Shown here piece by piece: positions 29,463-39,172 of a stretch of 47,392 nt of DNA (position 1 is its first letter; the number at the start of each line of letters is the position of its first letter). Under the pieces are notes generated by a model. That model saw nothing but the letters and a program-made list of their open reading frames with translations, was not told the origin of the DNA and did not search any database. The translations under genes were made by a program, and so were the position numbers. The stretch spans positions 1 to 47,392 of the forward strand of contig CBFDBT010000001.1 in assembly GCA_965603115.1 (NCBI GenBank), in the 5' to 3' direction. The DNA is from an uncultured Alphaproteobacteria bacterium. GTDB taxonomy: Bacteria; Pseudomonadota; Alphaproteobacteria; Sphingomonadales; Kordiimonadaceae.

Positions 29463-29500
29463 AAGCCGACCGGGTAATTCACGGTCGGCTTTCACTGTTT
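29463..29500 (+). terminator. hairpin + T-rich tract between rpmH and rnpA (terminator/attenuator)
   Basis: AAGCCGACCG (29463-29472) pairs perfectly with CGGTCGGCTT (29482-29491). The loop is 9 nt and the stem is followed by TCACTGTTTATT. Confidence 0.6.
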
Positions 29501-29545
29501 ATTATAATACTGCCATGAGCAGAAGGGCCCACACGAGAGGCAACC

Positions 29546-29932
29546 GTGAGCAATCTAGAGCGCATAAAAACTCGCAAAGAGTATCTCGCTATCGCAGCCA
29601 GTGGCAGGCGGTGGGTTACTCCCGCTTTTGTTATGCAAACCAAGGAAGCTGATGATAAAGACAAGCCCCCCCATGTTGGTTTTACTGTCACTAAAAAAGT
29701 TGGAAATGCCGTCATTCGCAATCGCGTACGACGTAGATTGAAAGAAGCGGCTCGAGAAATCATTCCTCTCAAAGCAAGCAGAGGGCGAGAATATGTTCTT
29801 ATAGGAAGGCATGCTTGTCTAGATATTGCTTATGAGCGAATCAAAAGCGACTTAAAGTGGGCGCTAAAGAAATTAGACGCTAAAGCAGACATGAAATCAG
29901 TTACTTCTGGTACACGTGGTGAAAATAACTGA
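29546..29932 (+). CDS. rnpA: RNase P protein component
   Basis: GTG start after GAGAGG. The sequence ...[29 protein letters not shown] is the RnpA RNR motif. Confidence 0.9.
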   Translation: MSNLERIKTRKEYLAIAASGRRWVTPAFVMQTKEADDKDKPPHVGFTVTKKVGNAVIRNRVRRRLKEAAREIIPLKASRGREYVLIGRHACLDIAYERIKSDLKWALKKLDAKADMKSVTSGTRGENN

Positions 29933-30252
29933 TGAAAAGTCCTCTGCAATGGGTTTTTATGGGAATTGTGCGCTTGTATCAGCTTGTCGTCTCCCCCATA
30001 TTAGGGCCTCGTTGTAGATTTCAGCCAACCTGTAGTAGCTATGCGATGGACGCCATAAAACTTCATGGTGGACTTAAGGGCGGATGGCTGGCAATAAAGC
30101 GTATTATAAGATGTCATCCATGGGGTGGTCATGGATTTGATCCCGTGCCTGGAATGAAAACAAAAAGTGATGAACGAGAAGACTTAAAACGTAAAGGCCA
30201 TCCAACAGGTGACGTTGATGATGGTAAAAAGGATACATCGACAGATGGGTGA
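29932..30252 (+). CDS. yidD: membrane protein insertion efficiency factor YidD (with an extended charged C-terminal tail)
   Basis: [58 protein letters not shown]. Confidence 0.85.
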   Translation: MKSPLQWVFMGIVRLYQLVVSPILGPRCRFQPTCSSYAMDAIKLHGGLKGGWLAIKRIIRCHPWGGHGFDPVPGMKTKSDEREDLKRKGHPTGDVDDGKKDTSTDG

Positions 30253-31978
30253 ACAGAAAAATTTATTTATGGCCCTAGGCATATCGCTTGTGGTTATGTT
30301 TTTATTTGATACTTTTTACATGAAGCCAAAGCTGGAAGAACAGCAACGGCAATATGAAGAGCTTATGGCAACGCAGGAAAGCGAAGCCCCAACACTCGCA
30401 GCGGACACTGTGCCCCAAGCCGTGGCCGAAGCAGAACAGGTTGTTGCTCTCACTGTTGACAATGCATTGGATCAATCACCCCGCATAGCCATTGAAACAC
30501 CTGAACTTTTCGGGTCTATCTCGCTTAAGGGTCTGCGTTTTGATGACCTTTCTCTCATTAAACACTTTGATACTATGGACAAAGACACCCGCACCAATAT
30601 CCGCCTGTTTGAACCAACTGGTACCGAACAAGCTTATTACGCTCAGTTTGGTTGGGCTGGCGTTGGCAAGGGAGAAGGTTTTGTTCCCACCTATTCAAGC
30701 ATATGGAGCGCTGATAGAGACGCACTCACACCATCAACTCCAGTGACATTTAGCTGGAATAATGGTCAGGGCTTTACCTTCCAAACCAAGATTGCTGTAG
30801 ATGAAGAATTTATGTTCACCATCACCCAGAGCGTGATCAACGCATCAAACAATGATGTAATTCTTGCCCCATACGGTTATGTGAACCGCAAAAGCATACC
30901 AAATGTACAAGCTCTTTATATTCTGCACGAAGGGCCAATTGGAGTGTTTGATGGCATTTTGGAAGAACAAACATATGCAGATATTGAAGATGATGGAACC
31001 TTTAGCACATCCTCTACAGGGGGCTGGTTAGGCATTACTGACAAATACTGGATGGCCATTATGGTGCCTGAGCAAACGAGCCAAATTCAAAAGGCGACCT
31101 TTAGCCGCAAAACAAGTGCTGGCATTAGCCACAAGGTTGATTATATCGAAGACGGTAGCACAGTTGCCGCTGGGTCAACGGTGAGCAATGTCACAAGGCT
31201 TTATGCCGGTGCTAAAATTGTGGGGTCTATTGATGCCTATGAGGATCAATATAACATTCCTCTTTTCAACCGCACCGTAGACTGGGGTATGTTCCACTTC
31301 ATTACCCGCCCTATGTTTAAAACCCTTGAATGGCTATTCAATATGGTTGGCAACTTTGGTGTGGCGATCCTTCTTCTTACTGTCCTTGTAAAGCTCTTAC
31401 TTTTCCCGATTGCTAATAAGGGATACCGCTCTATGAGTCGGATGAAAAAAGTTGGACCACGCATTAAAGAATTACAAAAGACCCATTCCGATGACAAAGT
31501 TAAGCTTCAGCAAGAAATGATGGCGCTCTATAAAGCCGAAAAGATCAACCCGCTTTCTGGTTGCCTGCCTATGCTGGTTCAAATTCCTATCTTCTTCTCA
31601 CTCTATAAGGTGCTCTATGTCACCATTGACATGCGTCATCAGCCATTCTTTGGCTGGATAACAGATCTGTCAGCTCCTGACCCAATGACTCCGCTCAATC
31701 TATTTGGCCTCATACCTTGGGACCCCCCAAGCATGATCGCTATCGGTATTTGGCCTATCTTAATGGGCGTGACCATGTGGCTTCAGCAAAAACTGAATCC
31801 GTCTGCTGGCATGGATCCGACTCAGGCTAAAGTTATGAGCATGTTGCCTATTATCTTTACATTCATTCTGGCGCAATTCTCGGCTGGTCTGGTTATATAC
31901 TGGACATGGAATTCAGCCCTCTCAATTGCCCAGCAATGGGTTATCATGCGCCGTGAAGGTGTGAGTGTGAATGATTAA
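30245..31978 (+). CDS. yidC: membrane protein insertase YidC
   Basis: N-terminal TM helix, a large periplasmic domain, and a C-terminal 60-kDa-IMP core (...[31 protein letters not shown]...). I prefer the ATG at 30245 ([15 protein letters not shown]), which overlaps the yidD stop by 8 nt. Confidence 0.9.
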   Translation: MGEQKNLFMALGISLVVMFLFDTFYMKPKLEEQQRQYEELMATQESEAPTLAADTVPQAVAEAEQVVALTVDNALDQSPRIAIETPELFGSISLKGLRFDDLSLIKHFDTMDKDTRTNIRLFEPTGTEQAYYAQFGWAGVGKGEGFVPTYSSIWSADRDALTPSTPVTFSWNNGQGFTFQTKIAVDEEFMFTITQSVINASNNDVILAPYGYVNRKSIPNVQALYILHEGPIGVFDGILEEQTYADIEDDGTFSTSSTGGWLGITDKYWMAIMVPEQTSQIQKATFSRKTSAGISHKVDYIEDGSTVAAGSTVSNVTRLYAGAKIVGSIDAYEDQYNIPLFNRTVDWGMFHFITRPMFKTLEWLFNMVGNFGVAILLLTVLVKLLLFPIANKGYRSMSRMKKVGPRIKELQKTHSDDKVKLQQEMMALYKAEKINPLSGCLPMLVQIPIFFSLYKVLYVTIDMRHQPFFGWITDLSAPDPMTPLNLFGLIPWDPPSMIAIGIWPILMGVTMWLQQKLNPSAGMDPTQAKVMSMLPIIFTFILAQFSAGLVIYWTWNSALSIAQQWVIMRREGVSVND

Positions 31979-31998
31979 CATTTTTTGTTTAGCCTCAG

Positions 31999-32100
31999 TC
32001 GCCGGCGCTCACGCTTAAGGCTTTCACGCTCACGCGTGGCGGCCCTTGGCCTTGCCTCGCCAGCAAGCTGTCTCGGATGTTTAGCTCACGACCAGTGAGC
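31999..32100 (-). repeat. intergenic GC-rich repeat, copy C (inverted orientation)
   Basis: The reverse complement of 32049-32078 is ATCCGAGACAGCTTGCTGGCGAGGCAAGGC, matching 26/30 nt to copy B. A GGCC-AAG-GGCC mini-hairpin and AAGCGTGAG-type tail follow, with an adjacent GCTCAC-N5-GTGAGC hairpin at 32084-32100. Confidence 0.65.
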
Positions 32101-32127
32101 GTACCGACTAAGTAGGAGGCCGAGCTT

Positions 32128-32793
32128 ATGCAAGGGAATAAAATGAATACTCTTGAGCACCAAAAAAAGATGCTCCATCTGGGGCGTACCATGTTTGGCG
32201 GGCCTATTGATTTTGTTATGGGCGCCGTCAACCTTGAAACCTTGCCGCCAATGGACAGGCCCGAGGTGACTTTTGCTGGTCGCTCAAATGTTGGAAAATC
32301 CAGCCTTATTAATGCACTCACCAAAAAGAAAAATCTAGCACGCACATCCAATACACCCGGTCGCACACAAGAGCTTAACTATTTCAAGCTTGGTGATTCA
32401 TGCAAATTACCTATGTATATTGTCGACCTGCCGGGCTATGGCTATGCCAAGGCTTCCAAGGAACGCGTGAGAAAATGGACTCACCTTGTTAAAACCTACC
32501 TTACTGGTCGCTCTAGCTTGCGCAGAATTTTTTTGCTCATTGATGGTCGCCACGGCATTAAACCCAACGACAAAGAAATCATGAAAATGCTCGATGTTGC
32601 GGCGGTTAATTACCAAATAGTACTAACAAAAATTGACAAACTCAAAGTCGCAGATCGCGACGTAATGATAGAAAAAACAAAAGCTGATATGGTACCATTC
32701 ATTGCTTGTCACCCCGAGGTTATCACCACGAGTAGTGAAAAAGGTTGGGGCATAGACGAAGTTCGGGCCGCCATTGCTGAAATGGCAATATAA
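32128..32793 (+). CDS. engB: ribosome biogenesis GTPase EngB/YihA
   Basis: EVTFAGRSNVGKSSLINALT (G1), DLPGYG (G3), LTKIDK (G4). AGGAGG lies 9 nt upstream of the ATG at 32128. Confidence 0.9.
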   Translation: MQGNKMNTLEHQKKMLHLGRTMFGGPIDFVMGAVNLETLPPMDRPEVTFAGRSNVGKSSLINALTKKKNLARTSNTPGRTQELNYFKLGDSCKLPMYIVDLPGYGYAKASKERVRKWTHLVKTYLTGRSSLRRIFLLIDGRHGIKPNDKEIMKMLDVAAVNYQIVLTKIDKLKVADRDVMIEKTKADMVPFIACHPEVITTSSEKGWGIDEVRAAIAEMAI

Positions 32794-32954
32794 GATGTAG
32801 AGCCTTAGGCTTAAACATGACCACCAGAAACTAGATTCGTTTAATATAAACACAATTGAAATAAATTTTCATTTGTTTACCAGATATTAATAAAACCCAA
32901 CCTATAGTATAGGTCTGATGCAGCAAATTAGCTCCCTTGATCTGACTGTATCTT

Positions 32955-32998
32955 GCGGAACCGCCCTTCTCCCCCGAATGCGGTTCCGCTTTTCGTTT
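32955..32998 (+). terminator. rho-independent terminator
   Basis: GCGGAACCGC (32955-32964) pairs perfectly with GCGGTTCCGC (32980-32989) and is followed by TTTTCGTTT. Confidence 0.65.
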
Positions 32999-33013
32999 AA
33001 GCCCCAATTCATA

Positions 33014-33241
33014 TTAATACCGCGATGAGAAGCGCCCCTTAAAGGGTTCCCCTGTCACCAGCTCCACCATATGCGCTGCCATCACCACCATAATTATCAA
33101 ACAAACAAGAAGAAGAAGAATCGGTGAAATCAAAGAAGCCTTTCCTGGCTCATAAGGTTTCTTGTCCTGCCACCATGCCCACAGAGCTATGACAAAACAA
33201 ACAGCCATAATGCTGAGCGTAGGAAACATACCTAATGGCAT
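33014..33241 (-). CDS. small two-TM membrane protein, hypothetical
   Basis: 75 aa with two hydrophobic helices. It starts 16 nt downstream of the autotransporter stop on the same strand. Confidence 0.4.
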   Translation of the reverse strand: MPLGMFPTLSIMAVCFVIALWAWWQDKKPYEPGKASLISPILLLLVCLIIMVVMAAHMVELVTGEPFKGRFSSRY

Positions 33242-33256
33242 CGTAAACTGTCTTTC

Positions 33257-35686
33257 TTAAAAGTTTCGCGCGATCCGCAATAAACCAACCGTGTCAGAGA
33301 GACCTTTTGAATGACCGGCATTAAAGCGCTGTGCCACATTAGCTTCAACAACCCAGCCAGCGAAGGTTTTTTTATAACCAAGTTCAGCCGCCACTTCACG
33401 CGATGTTGGAGAAAAAGAAACCTCATGGTCAACAGAAACCGGGGCCTTGATCTTGTAATCAAAATAGGCCGTCTGCATCGTCGCATGGGCATTTTCTACC
33501 CGAAGGGGTTGTGAAACTTTAAACCCAAAGGCATCTCCACTGGCAAATATATCTGAGCCAGAGAGTTCCACCGACCAACTACTCGAGATAAAGTCGTTCA
33601 CGCCTGCAAAGAGCGAGGTCTTAGCGGCATTAACATCACTGCGACCAATGTGACCCTGCGCTGCTAGGCTTAGCGACGACGTGAGGTTATATCTCGCAAA
33701 TATATCAGCCTTTAATGTACGCGTGTCACTGGCTAATTTAAGCCCGCCACCTGACCGGCTACCCAGTATGGCATTTTTTTCAACCAGCGCACCAAGGGCA
33801 AACGAAAGCGAGCCTTTGTCAAAGTTTTTACTCAGCCTAGTTTCCATTTCCCAAGCAGGAAGATCATCGTGGTAAAGCGCGAGGGGGTGATTATCATAAC
33901 CCTTAAGCAATCCACTTTTAAATCCAAAAGAAAGATGTAGGTCTTTGTCAATCACCATGTCTGAAGCCACATAATAACTGTTGCTGGTCGATGGACCGAA
34001 AGCCTGATGCCCCGTTAAATAAAATTGTCGCATTGGCCCCTTGCCACTGGTAAAAGATGTCATGACATCGCTCAGTGCGGCGCCACTGCCAACCGCCCAG
34101 CTTCTTTTATCACCGCTGCCACCTCTTAAATGCCAACTTTGCACTTGGTTTTCTACAGTGTCTTGTTGGTCATGCGACAAAGCAAGCTTAACGGTATCAC
34201 TGACTGCACTGCGGCGAGACGTGAATCCCATTTGCAAACCGCGACCAAGCTGCCACATACCTCCATCAGACCTAATGTTCATCTCAAGCCTGTTGCCAAG
34301 GTTTAATCGCGCATCGGCTGCCATCACCTGATGGCTTAGGTCAACATAAAAATCCCTGTTATAACTATCAAGAATCATCACTTCAGAAAGGCCAATTGGG
34401 CTAACATCCCCATAAGCACTGCCGATCGATATCATCGACGAGCCAATTGTGACTGCCGCTGATGTACCACCAATTACCATACTTACCGTACCAAGCGGCT
34501 CGGTTGCGGCATCCAAATTTAACAGACCATGTCCATAAACAGCATCAACGCCGGGTGCGCCCATGTCCGTCGCGCTATTTAAAAGAATAGCACCCACTTC
34601 TCTGGCCGTAAGCTGTGGCCACATACCAAACAATAGCGCTGCCGCCCCTGAAATATGTGGCGCAGCATAACTGGTACCATTTCTACCGCTAACGCCATCA
34701 ACAGCATCAGGGTCACTCACCGCTAAATTTTGACCCGGGGCCAAGAGATAATATTGCGAAGGATCCACAGTATATACGCCGCCGCCATGCTCTGCTGGAC
34801 GAGGTGCGCCTGCACTACCTGCACGATCAGAAAAAACGGCTATTTCGCCGTCAGGATCAATGGCCCCTGCTATAATCATAAAGCCATCAGTACCATACCA
34901 GTTGGCATCCACAGCCGCCTGCAGTGCTTCCATGACTGAGATCATCGGCTCAGGGTCACCCAGAAAATTAGTGTCTTCTGTGCCATTACCCGCAGCGGCG
35001 ACCAACAAGCCGCCAAGTTCTATAAAAACATATGATGGTGCCGTGATATAATGCTCACCCCCGCCGCCGACACCGCCTGGAGGGACATAGATGAAATCTC
35101 CTTCATCATAGCCAATGGACTTGCTTATAACCCGCGCACCATTGTCAAAAAGATAACTATAGGGGTCAGAATAGTAATAGTGCACGCCTTCAGAATCAAA
35201 TTCTTCTACGAAAACGCCCGAGAAAAAATCAACAGCCAAAACCTCGGCATCAAAAGCAACACCCTGCATGCCATAATCATTCTTTTTTGCCCCTGCAATA
35301 CTGGCAGCCTCGTGACCGTGGTTAAAATCAGTCGCTGTTACGCCTAAATAATCCTCATATACTGCCTTATAAAAAGGGTTCACGTCACGGCTCGCAGCAT
35401 GCCAAGCAATCTCAGTGCTGCTAAACAAAAAGTTAAAGTCAACAAAGCCCACTAAGGCACCCTCGCCGGTAAAGCCTTTTGCATAAGCCTCGGACGCATT
35501 GATGGCATCAAGTGTCCAGTCTATTGCATATTCAGCTGTCTCAAACTCACTGGGAAGAACTACAGGAGGCGGAGGGGGTGGAGGAGGAGGGGTTACCGGA
35601 TCAGGCGCAGCAGCACCTCCACCGCAAGACGACAACATAATTGCCAAGGCTAAAGTTGACGTCGACTTAAAGAGCGATGTGTTCAT
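33257..35686 (-). CDS. subtilisin-family (S8) serine protease autotransporter, lipoprotein type (NalP/SphB1-like architecture)
   Basis: Lipobox AIMLSSCGGG and a poly-Pro linker PPPPPPPPP. His block NHGHEAASIAGA and Ser block GTSYAAPHISGAAALL. The C-terminal ~280 aa has alternating beta-strand character and ends ...LLRIARNF, an outer-membrane beta-barrel terminus. Confidence 0.8.
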   Translation of the reverse strand: MNTSLFKSTSTLALAIMLSSCGGGAAAPDPVTPPPPPPPPPVVLPSEFETAEYAIDWTLDAINASEAYAKGFTGEGALVGFVDFNFLFSSTEIAWHAASRDVNPFYKAVYEDYLGVTATDFNHGHEAASIAGAKKNDYGMQGVAFDAEVLAVDFFSGVFVEEFDSEGVHYYYSDPYSYLFDNGARVISKSIGYDEGDFIYVPPGGVGGGGEHYITAPSYVFIELGGLLVAAAGNGTEDTNFLGDPEPMISVMEALQAAVDANWYGTDGFMIIAGAIDPDGEIAVFSDRAGSAGAPRPAEHGGGVYTVDPSQYYLLAPGQNLAVSDPDAVDGVSGRNGTSYAAPHISGAAALLFGMWPQLTAREVGAILLNSATDMGAPGVDAVYGHGLLNLDAATEPLGTVSMVIGGTSAAVTIGSSMISIGSAYGDVSPIGLSEVMILDSYNRDFYVDLSHQVMAADARLNLGNRLEMNIRSDGGMWQLGRGLQMGFTSRRSAVSDTVKLALSHDQQDTVENQVQSWHLRGGSGDKRSWAVGSGAALSDVMTSFTSGKGPMRQFYLTGHQAFGPSTSNSYYVASDMVIDKDLHLSFGFKSGLLKGYDNHPLALYHDDLPAWEMETRLSKNFDKGSLSFALGALVEKNAILGSRSGGGLKLASDTRTLKADIFARYNLTSSLSLAAQGHIGRSDVNAAKTSLFAGVNDFISSSWSVELSGSDIFASGDAFGFKVSQPLRVENAHATMQTAYFDYKIKAPVSVDHEVSFSPTSREVAAELGYKKTFAGWVVEANVAQRFNAGHSKGLSDTVGLLRIARNF

Positions 35687-35770
35687 ATAGTTTTTCTCCC
35701 AATACTAATAGTAGCATGATATCCATGAACCCCAGATTAAGCGGGACGATTACTCATAGCATAGTACTCT

Positions 35771-37498
35771 CTATGGCTTCATTTCTTCTCGCACATAGAT
35801 TAGCTCACCGTCAACAATAGTTAGGACAGCATGAGCTTTTGGTATTTCTGAAAATTCAACCGTCATAAGGTCAACAGAAAAAGCCGAAAGGTCTGCTTTT
35901 TTTCCAACCGTTATTGTCCCCAAATCATTCTCTTGAAAAGACGCAATCGCGGGCCAAAGTGTAAACATTTTTAACGCCTCACTGCGACTAATCGCTTCTT
36001 CTGAATGCCAGTTTGGTCCTTGAAAACCACTTAAGTCAGCCCGGACAACAGCTGCATAAAACTCAATCAGCGGATCACCACGCTCAACTGGGGCATCAGA
36101 CCCACCTGGCACGATCACTCCACTATCAATAAGCGTTCGCCAGGCATAGGCCCCTATCAAGCGGTTTTCCCCCAAGCGGTCTGGTGCAAAATGCATGTCC
36201 CCAATAGCGTGACTCGGCTGCATGGATGGGATAACTCCCAAGCCGCTAAAACGTGGAATATCTGCTGGGTTAATGATTTGGGCATGCTCAATGCGCCAGC
36301 GCGGCTCTACAGTCTTACGCTCACCCATTGCTACATCTGTAAAAACCTGCTCATACCAATCAAGAACCTGACGATTACCACCGTCACCAATCGCATGCAT
36401 ATTCACTTGAACACCTTGCTTCAGCGCTTTTCGCATCACAGGCAAAACATCGTCAGCTTTAGCTTGAAATAAACCATGAGTACCAGCGTCACTATAGGGC
36501 TCAAGCAACGCAGCGCCGCGAGAGCCAAGTGCGCCATCGCCGTACATTTTAATCGCATTTGTGATGATGCGGCCATTTTTGCTTGTTCGCGGGCCGCTTT
36601 TAAACAGCTTACCTGCATCTTGCATGTCAATTGAATTGTAAACTCTTATGCCAAGTTCACCGTCATCAGATAAGGCTTCCAGTGGGTCAAGTTCATTCCA
36701 ACCGACCGACATACTATGCGTGCCAGACCAGCCATAAGCAGCATATACCTCACCACCAATTTTAAGTGCTGCTTTTTGACTTTCGTCCGTTTGTGCCGGT
36801 ATCAAGGGTGCTATTAAGCCCATAGCGCCATCAATGAGCATACCCGTTGGCTCACCTAATGCATTCTTGAGTATCTCGCCACCAAATGGGGCTTGTGTTT
36901 GGCCGTTAATGCCCACGGCCTTAAGCGCTGCTGTATTGGCAACAAGCGCGTGTCCATCAGCGCGACGCAGCACTACTGGGCGCTCACTTTCAATTTGGTC
37001 TAGGTCCCAGCGCGATGGAAAACGTTTTTCAGGCCAATGGGTTTCAATCCAGCCTCGTCCAAATATCACAGGATCACTGCGGTTTGCTATCCAAGCCTTA
37101 AGCTTGCCCTGTGCCTCTTTAATAGAGCCAACACCTTCAAGGTTTAAAGTCATTTCCCGTTGACCAATCCCCATAAGGTGGGAATGTGCATCAACAAATC
37201 CAGGGAAAAGAGCAGAGCCCGCTAGGTCAATAACGGTCGTTTGTTCGCCCGTAAATGCCGCAACATCAGCTTTGTTGCCAACAAACACAAAGCGGCCTTG
37301 ATGTATCGCTACCGCTTCAGCGCGGGGGCTGTCATCATTACCTGTATAGATGGGACCGCCCCATACCACCATATCAGCAACTATATTTGGCGCTATATTG
37401 TGAGCGCTTGTCTCTTGATTGTCTTGTGAAAAGGCCACACTCGTCAAACTCAGGGCGGCTATAAGGGTGGTAACTAGGCGGGTGACTGATCTTTTCAT
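35771..37498 (-). CDS. secreted amidohydrolase-family metallohydrolase (YtcJ-like, Amidohydro_3)
   Basis: Signal peptide, GFVDAHSHLMGIG metal motif, later HAIGD and GSDAPVE blocks. Confidence 0.75.
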   Translation of the reverse strand: MKRSVTRLVTTLIAALSLTSVAFSQDNQETSAHNIAPNIVADMVVWGGPIYTGNDDSPRAEAVAIHQGRFVFVGNKADVAAFTGEQTTVIDLAGSALFPGFVDAHSHLMGIGQREMTLNLEGVGSIKEAQGKLKAWIANRSDPVIFGRGWIETHWPEKRFPSRWDLDQIESERPVVLRRADGHALVANTAALKAVGINGQTQAPFGGEILKNALGEPTGMLIDGAMGLIAPLIPAQTDESQKAALKIGGEVYAAYGWSGTHSMSVGWNELDPLEALSDDGELGIRVYNSIDMQDAGKLFKSGPRTSKNGRIITNAIKMYGDGALGSRGAALLEPYSDAGTHGLFQAKADDVLPVMRKALKQGVQVNMHAIGDGGNRQVLDWYEQVFTDVAMGERKTVEPRWRIEHAQIINPADIPRFSGLGVIPSMQPSHAIGDMHFAPDRLGENRLIGAYAWRTLIDSGVIVPGGSDAPVERGDPLIEFYAAVVRADLSGFQGPNWHSEEAISRSEALKMFTLWPAIASFQENDLGTITVGKKADLSAFSVDLMTVEFSEIPKAHAVLTIVDGELIYVREEMKP

Positions 37499-37573
37499 GC
37501 TCTTCCTTACAGGGTTATAAAACTCTCATTTTTTGCTATGCTAAAGACCAAAGGCGCGCTGTCAAGACTTGCC

Positions 37574-37921
37574 TTAACCATCGTCTGTTTTATCCTCGGA
37601 AATATCATGATCAAGAAAACTACTCTTAGATTTTGTGCGGCTCTTTCGAAAGACCATTAACCCTATTGCACCCAACAGTGACAAAGCGATCACACCGGCA
37701 AACATCAAAAAAAAGCCGAGGGTCGCGATAAAAATATCTTCCCCCTCAAAGCCTGTACGCTCAGCCCAAACAACAAAAGCTCCACACATTAAAAGCGACA
37801 TAAATATCAGACGGTAAGTGTTCTTGCGGGTGAAAAAGGTCTTTTCACGTTCACGGCGCTTTTTAGCCAAATATTCATTTTCATGAGGACGATAGTCGGT
37901 TTTATTATCTGTATTTTTCAT
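37574..37921 (-). CDS. hypothetical two-TM membrane protein
   Basis: 115 aa. Charged N-terminus, two hydrophobic helices, charged tail. No family recognised. Confidence 0.4.
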   Translation of the reverse strand: MKNTDNKTDYRPHENEYLAKKRREREKTFFTRKNTYRLIFMSLLMCGAFVVWAERTGFEGEDIFIATLGFFLMFAGVIALSLLGAIGLMVFRKSRTKSKSSFLDHDISEDKTDDG

Positions 37922-37990
37922 AAGACTAAGTATGACCTATAGTGGTGCTAAAATGCAATGGGGATCCTTAAATAGAGAATATTTTATTGT

Positions 37991-39031
37991 TCACAACAAA
38001 CCATGTTTTTTGAGTGCGTGCCTTAGTTGGTCATAACTCAGATCAACATATTTTGCAGTCGCCCGTTGGTTATGACGATTTCGCTCTAAAGCGTCCAAAA
38101 GCAGCTTTTTTTCGATATTTGCTACCATTTCTTTGAAATTATACGGCTTTTCAGCATTTTGAAGCAGTGCTTCATCTTTGTTTTTTGAGCCTTTTTCAGC
38201 GGCCTCCTCCTCACGCGCCTGTCCTAAAGCGGCTTTTCCTTTGGGTCTCCACGGACTATCAAAGGGATCAAAGCTAATGATGTCGAGCGGTTCTTCACCG
38301 TCCCAGGCGCGGGCGATGGTACGCTCGATAATATTTCTCAACTCTCTGATGTTACCTGGCCAATCATAGGCCTCTAAGGACGCCATGGCATCTTTGGTAA
38401 AGCCTGCAAAAAATGGCCATTCGAGCTCACGCGCCATGTTAACGCCAAAATGCATTACTAAATCTTCAACATCGCCTGCACGCTCACGCAGAGGCGGCAC
38501 ATTCACCACATCAAAAGCCAGACGGTCCAAGAGATCATGGCGAAATTTGCCAGCATTCGCTGCGGCGGGCAAATCTATATTAGTTGCACCTACCACGCGC
38601 ACATCAACCTTAAGGGTTTCATTGCCCCCCACGCGTTCAAATTCCCCATATTCAATAACCCGCAAAAGCTTTTCTTGTGCCGCCAAGCTCATGTTACCAA
38701 TTTCATCCAAAAACAAAGTCCCAGTATCTGCCTCCTCAAATCGCCCAACGCGACGCTTGGTTGCCCCGGTAAAGGCCCCCGGCTCATATCCAAACAATTC
38801 CGATTCAAGCAATGTCTCAGGCAGAGCTGCACAATTTAATTTTTGATAAGGCTTGTTCCAGCGCTCTGAAAGATAATGAAGGCGTGCAGCTATAAGCTCC
38901 TTACCCGAACCCCGTTCGCCAATGACCAATATAGGGCGATTGAGCGGCGCAACACGGCTGACAGTGTCCATCAAGTCCAAAAACACCGGACTACTGCCAA
39001 TTATTTGCATGGGGTCAAACTGAGTACTCAT
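37991..39031 (-). CDS. pspF: sigma54-dependent activator PspF (AAA+ only, no receiver domain)
   Basis: Walker A GERGSGKE, sigma54-contact loop EPGAFTGA, Walker B LFLDEI, C-terminal HTH. It is divergent from pspABC. Confidence 0.85.
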   Translation of the reverse strand: MSTQFDPMQIIGSSPVFLDLMDTVSRVAPLNRPILVIGERGSGKELIAARLHYLSERWNKPYQKLNCAALPETLLESELFGYEPGAFTGATKRRVGRFEEADTGTLFLDEIGNMSLAAQEKLLRVIEYGEFERVGGNETLKVDVRVVGATNIDLPAAANAGKFRHDLLDRLAFDVVNVPPLRERAGDVEDLVMHFGVNMARELEWPFFAGFTKDAMASLEAYDWPGNIRELRNIIERTIARAWDGEEPLDIISFDPFDSPWRPKGKAALGQAREEEAAEKGSKNKDEALLQNAEKPYNFKEMVANIEKKLLLDALERNRHNQRATAKYVDLSYDQLRHALKKHGLL

Positions 39032-39046
39032 TATACATCCTAAAAG

Positions 39047-39063
39047 TTAGTAATTATTACTAA
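39047..39063. promoter_or_regulatory. perfect 8-1-8 palindrome TTAGTAAT-T-ATTACTAA (candidate PspF UAS / pspF operator)
   Basis: Read directly from the sequence. It lies 16 nt upstream of the pspF start and ~100 nt upstream of the sigma54 promoter. A second palindrome, TATACGTATA, is at 39076-39085. Confidence 0.35.
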
Positions 39064-39127
39064 TATATAGGGTATTATACGTATACAATCAAGGCTGAAT
39101 CTTGCCGATTTTAAAATAAACCATATA

Positions 39128-39140
39128 AATCAACATGTTA
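39128..39140 (+). promoter_or_regulatory. IHF-consensus-like site AATCAACATGTTA
   Basis: It fits WATCAANNNNTTR exactly and lies between the palindromes and the -24 element. Confidence 0.35.
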
Positions 39141-39156
39141 GTATGTTTGCAAAAAC

Positions 39157-39172
39157 TGGCACGCGGGGTGCA
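39157..39172 (+). promoter_or_regulatory. sigma54 (-24/-12) promoter
   Basis: TGGCACGCGGGGTGCA has GG-N10-GC spacing and matches TGGCACG-N4-TTGCW at all but one position. It is oriented toward pspA and divergent from pspF. Confidence 0.7.

Noticed and set aside
29104-32127. Replication origin near rpmH-rnpA-yidC, as in gammaproteobacteria
   Set aside because: There is no dnaA gene, and I saw no cluster of TTATCCACA-like boxes or AT-rich 13-mers in the flanking spacers. Alphaproteobacterial origins are normally elsewhere.
31995-32366. 123-aa minus-strand ORF across the yidC-engB spacer
   Set aside because: It lies antisense to the well-supported engB 5' end and to the GC-rich repeat. It is an artefact of the GC-rich repeat sequence.
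35565-35592. G-rich run GGAGGCGGAGGGGGTGGAGGAGGAGGGG as a possible G-quadruplex or simple repeat
   Set aside because: It is the antisense of the codons for the PPPPPPPPP linker of the autotransporter, so coding constraints explain it.
38385-38846. 153-aa and 100-aa plus-strand ORFs inside pspF, and similar antisense ORFs inside xdhB, regB, the histidine kinase and the autotransporter
   Set aside because: These are shadow ORFs opposite strongly supported genes. Their translations are Arg/Ser/Pro-rich with no motifs.
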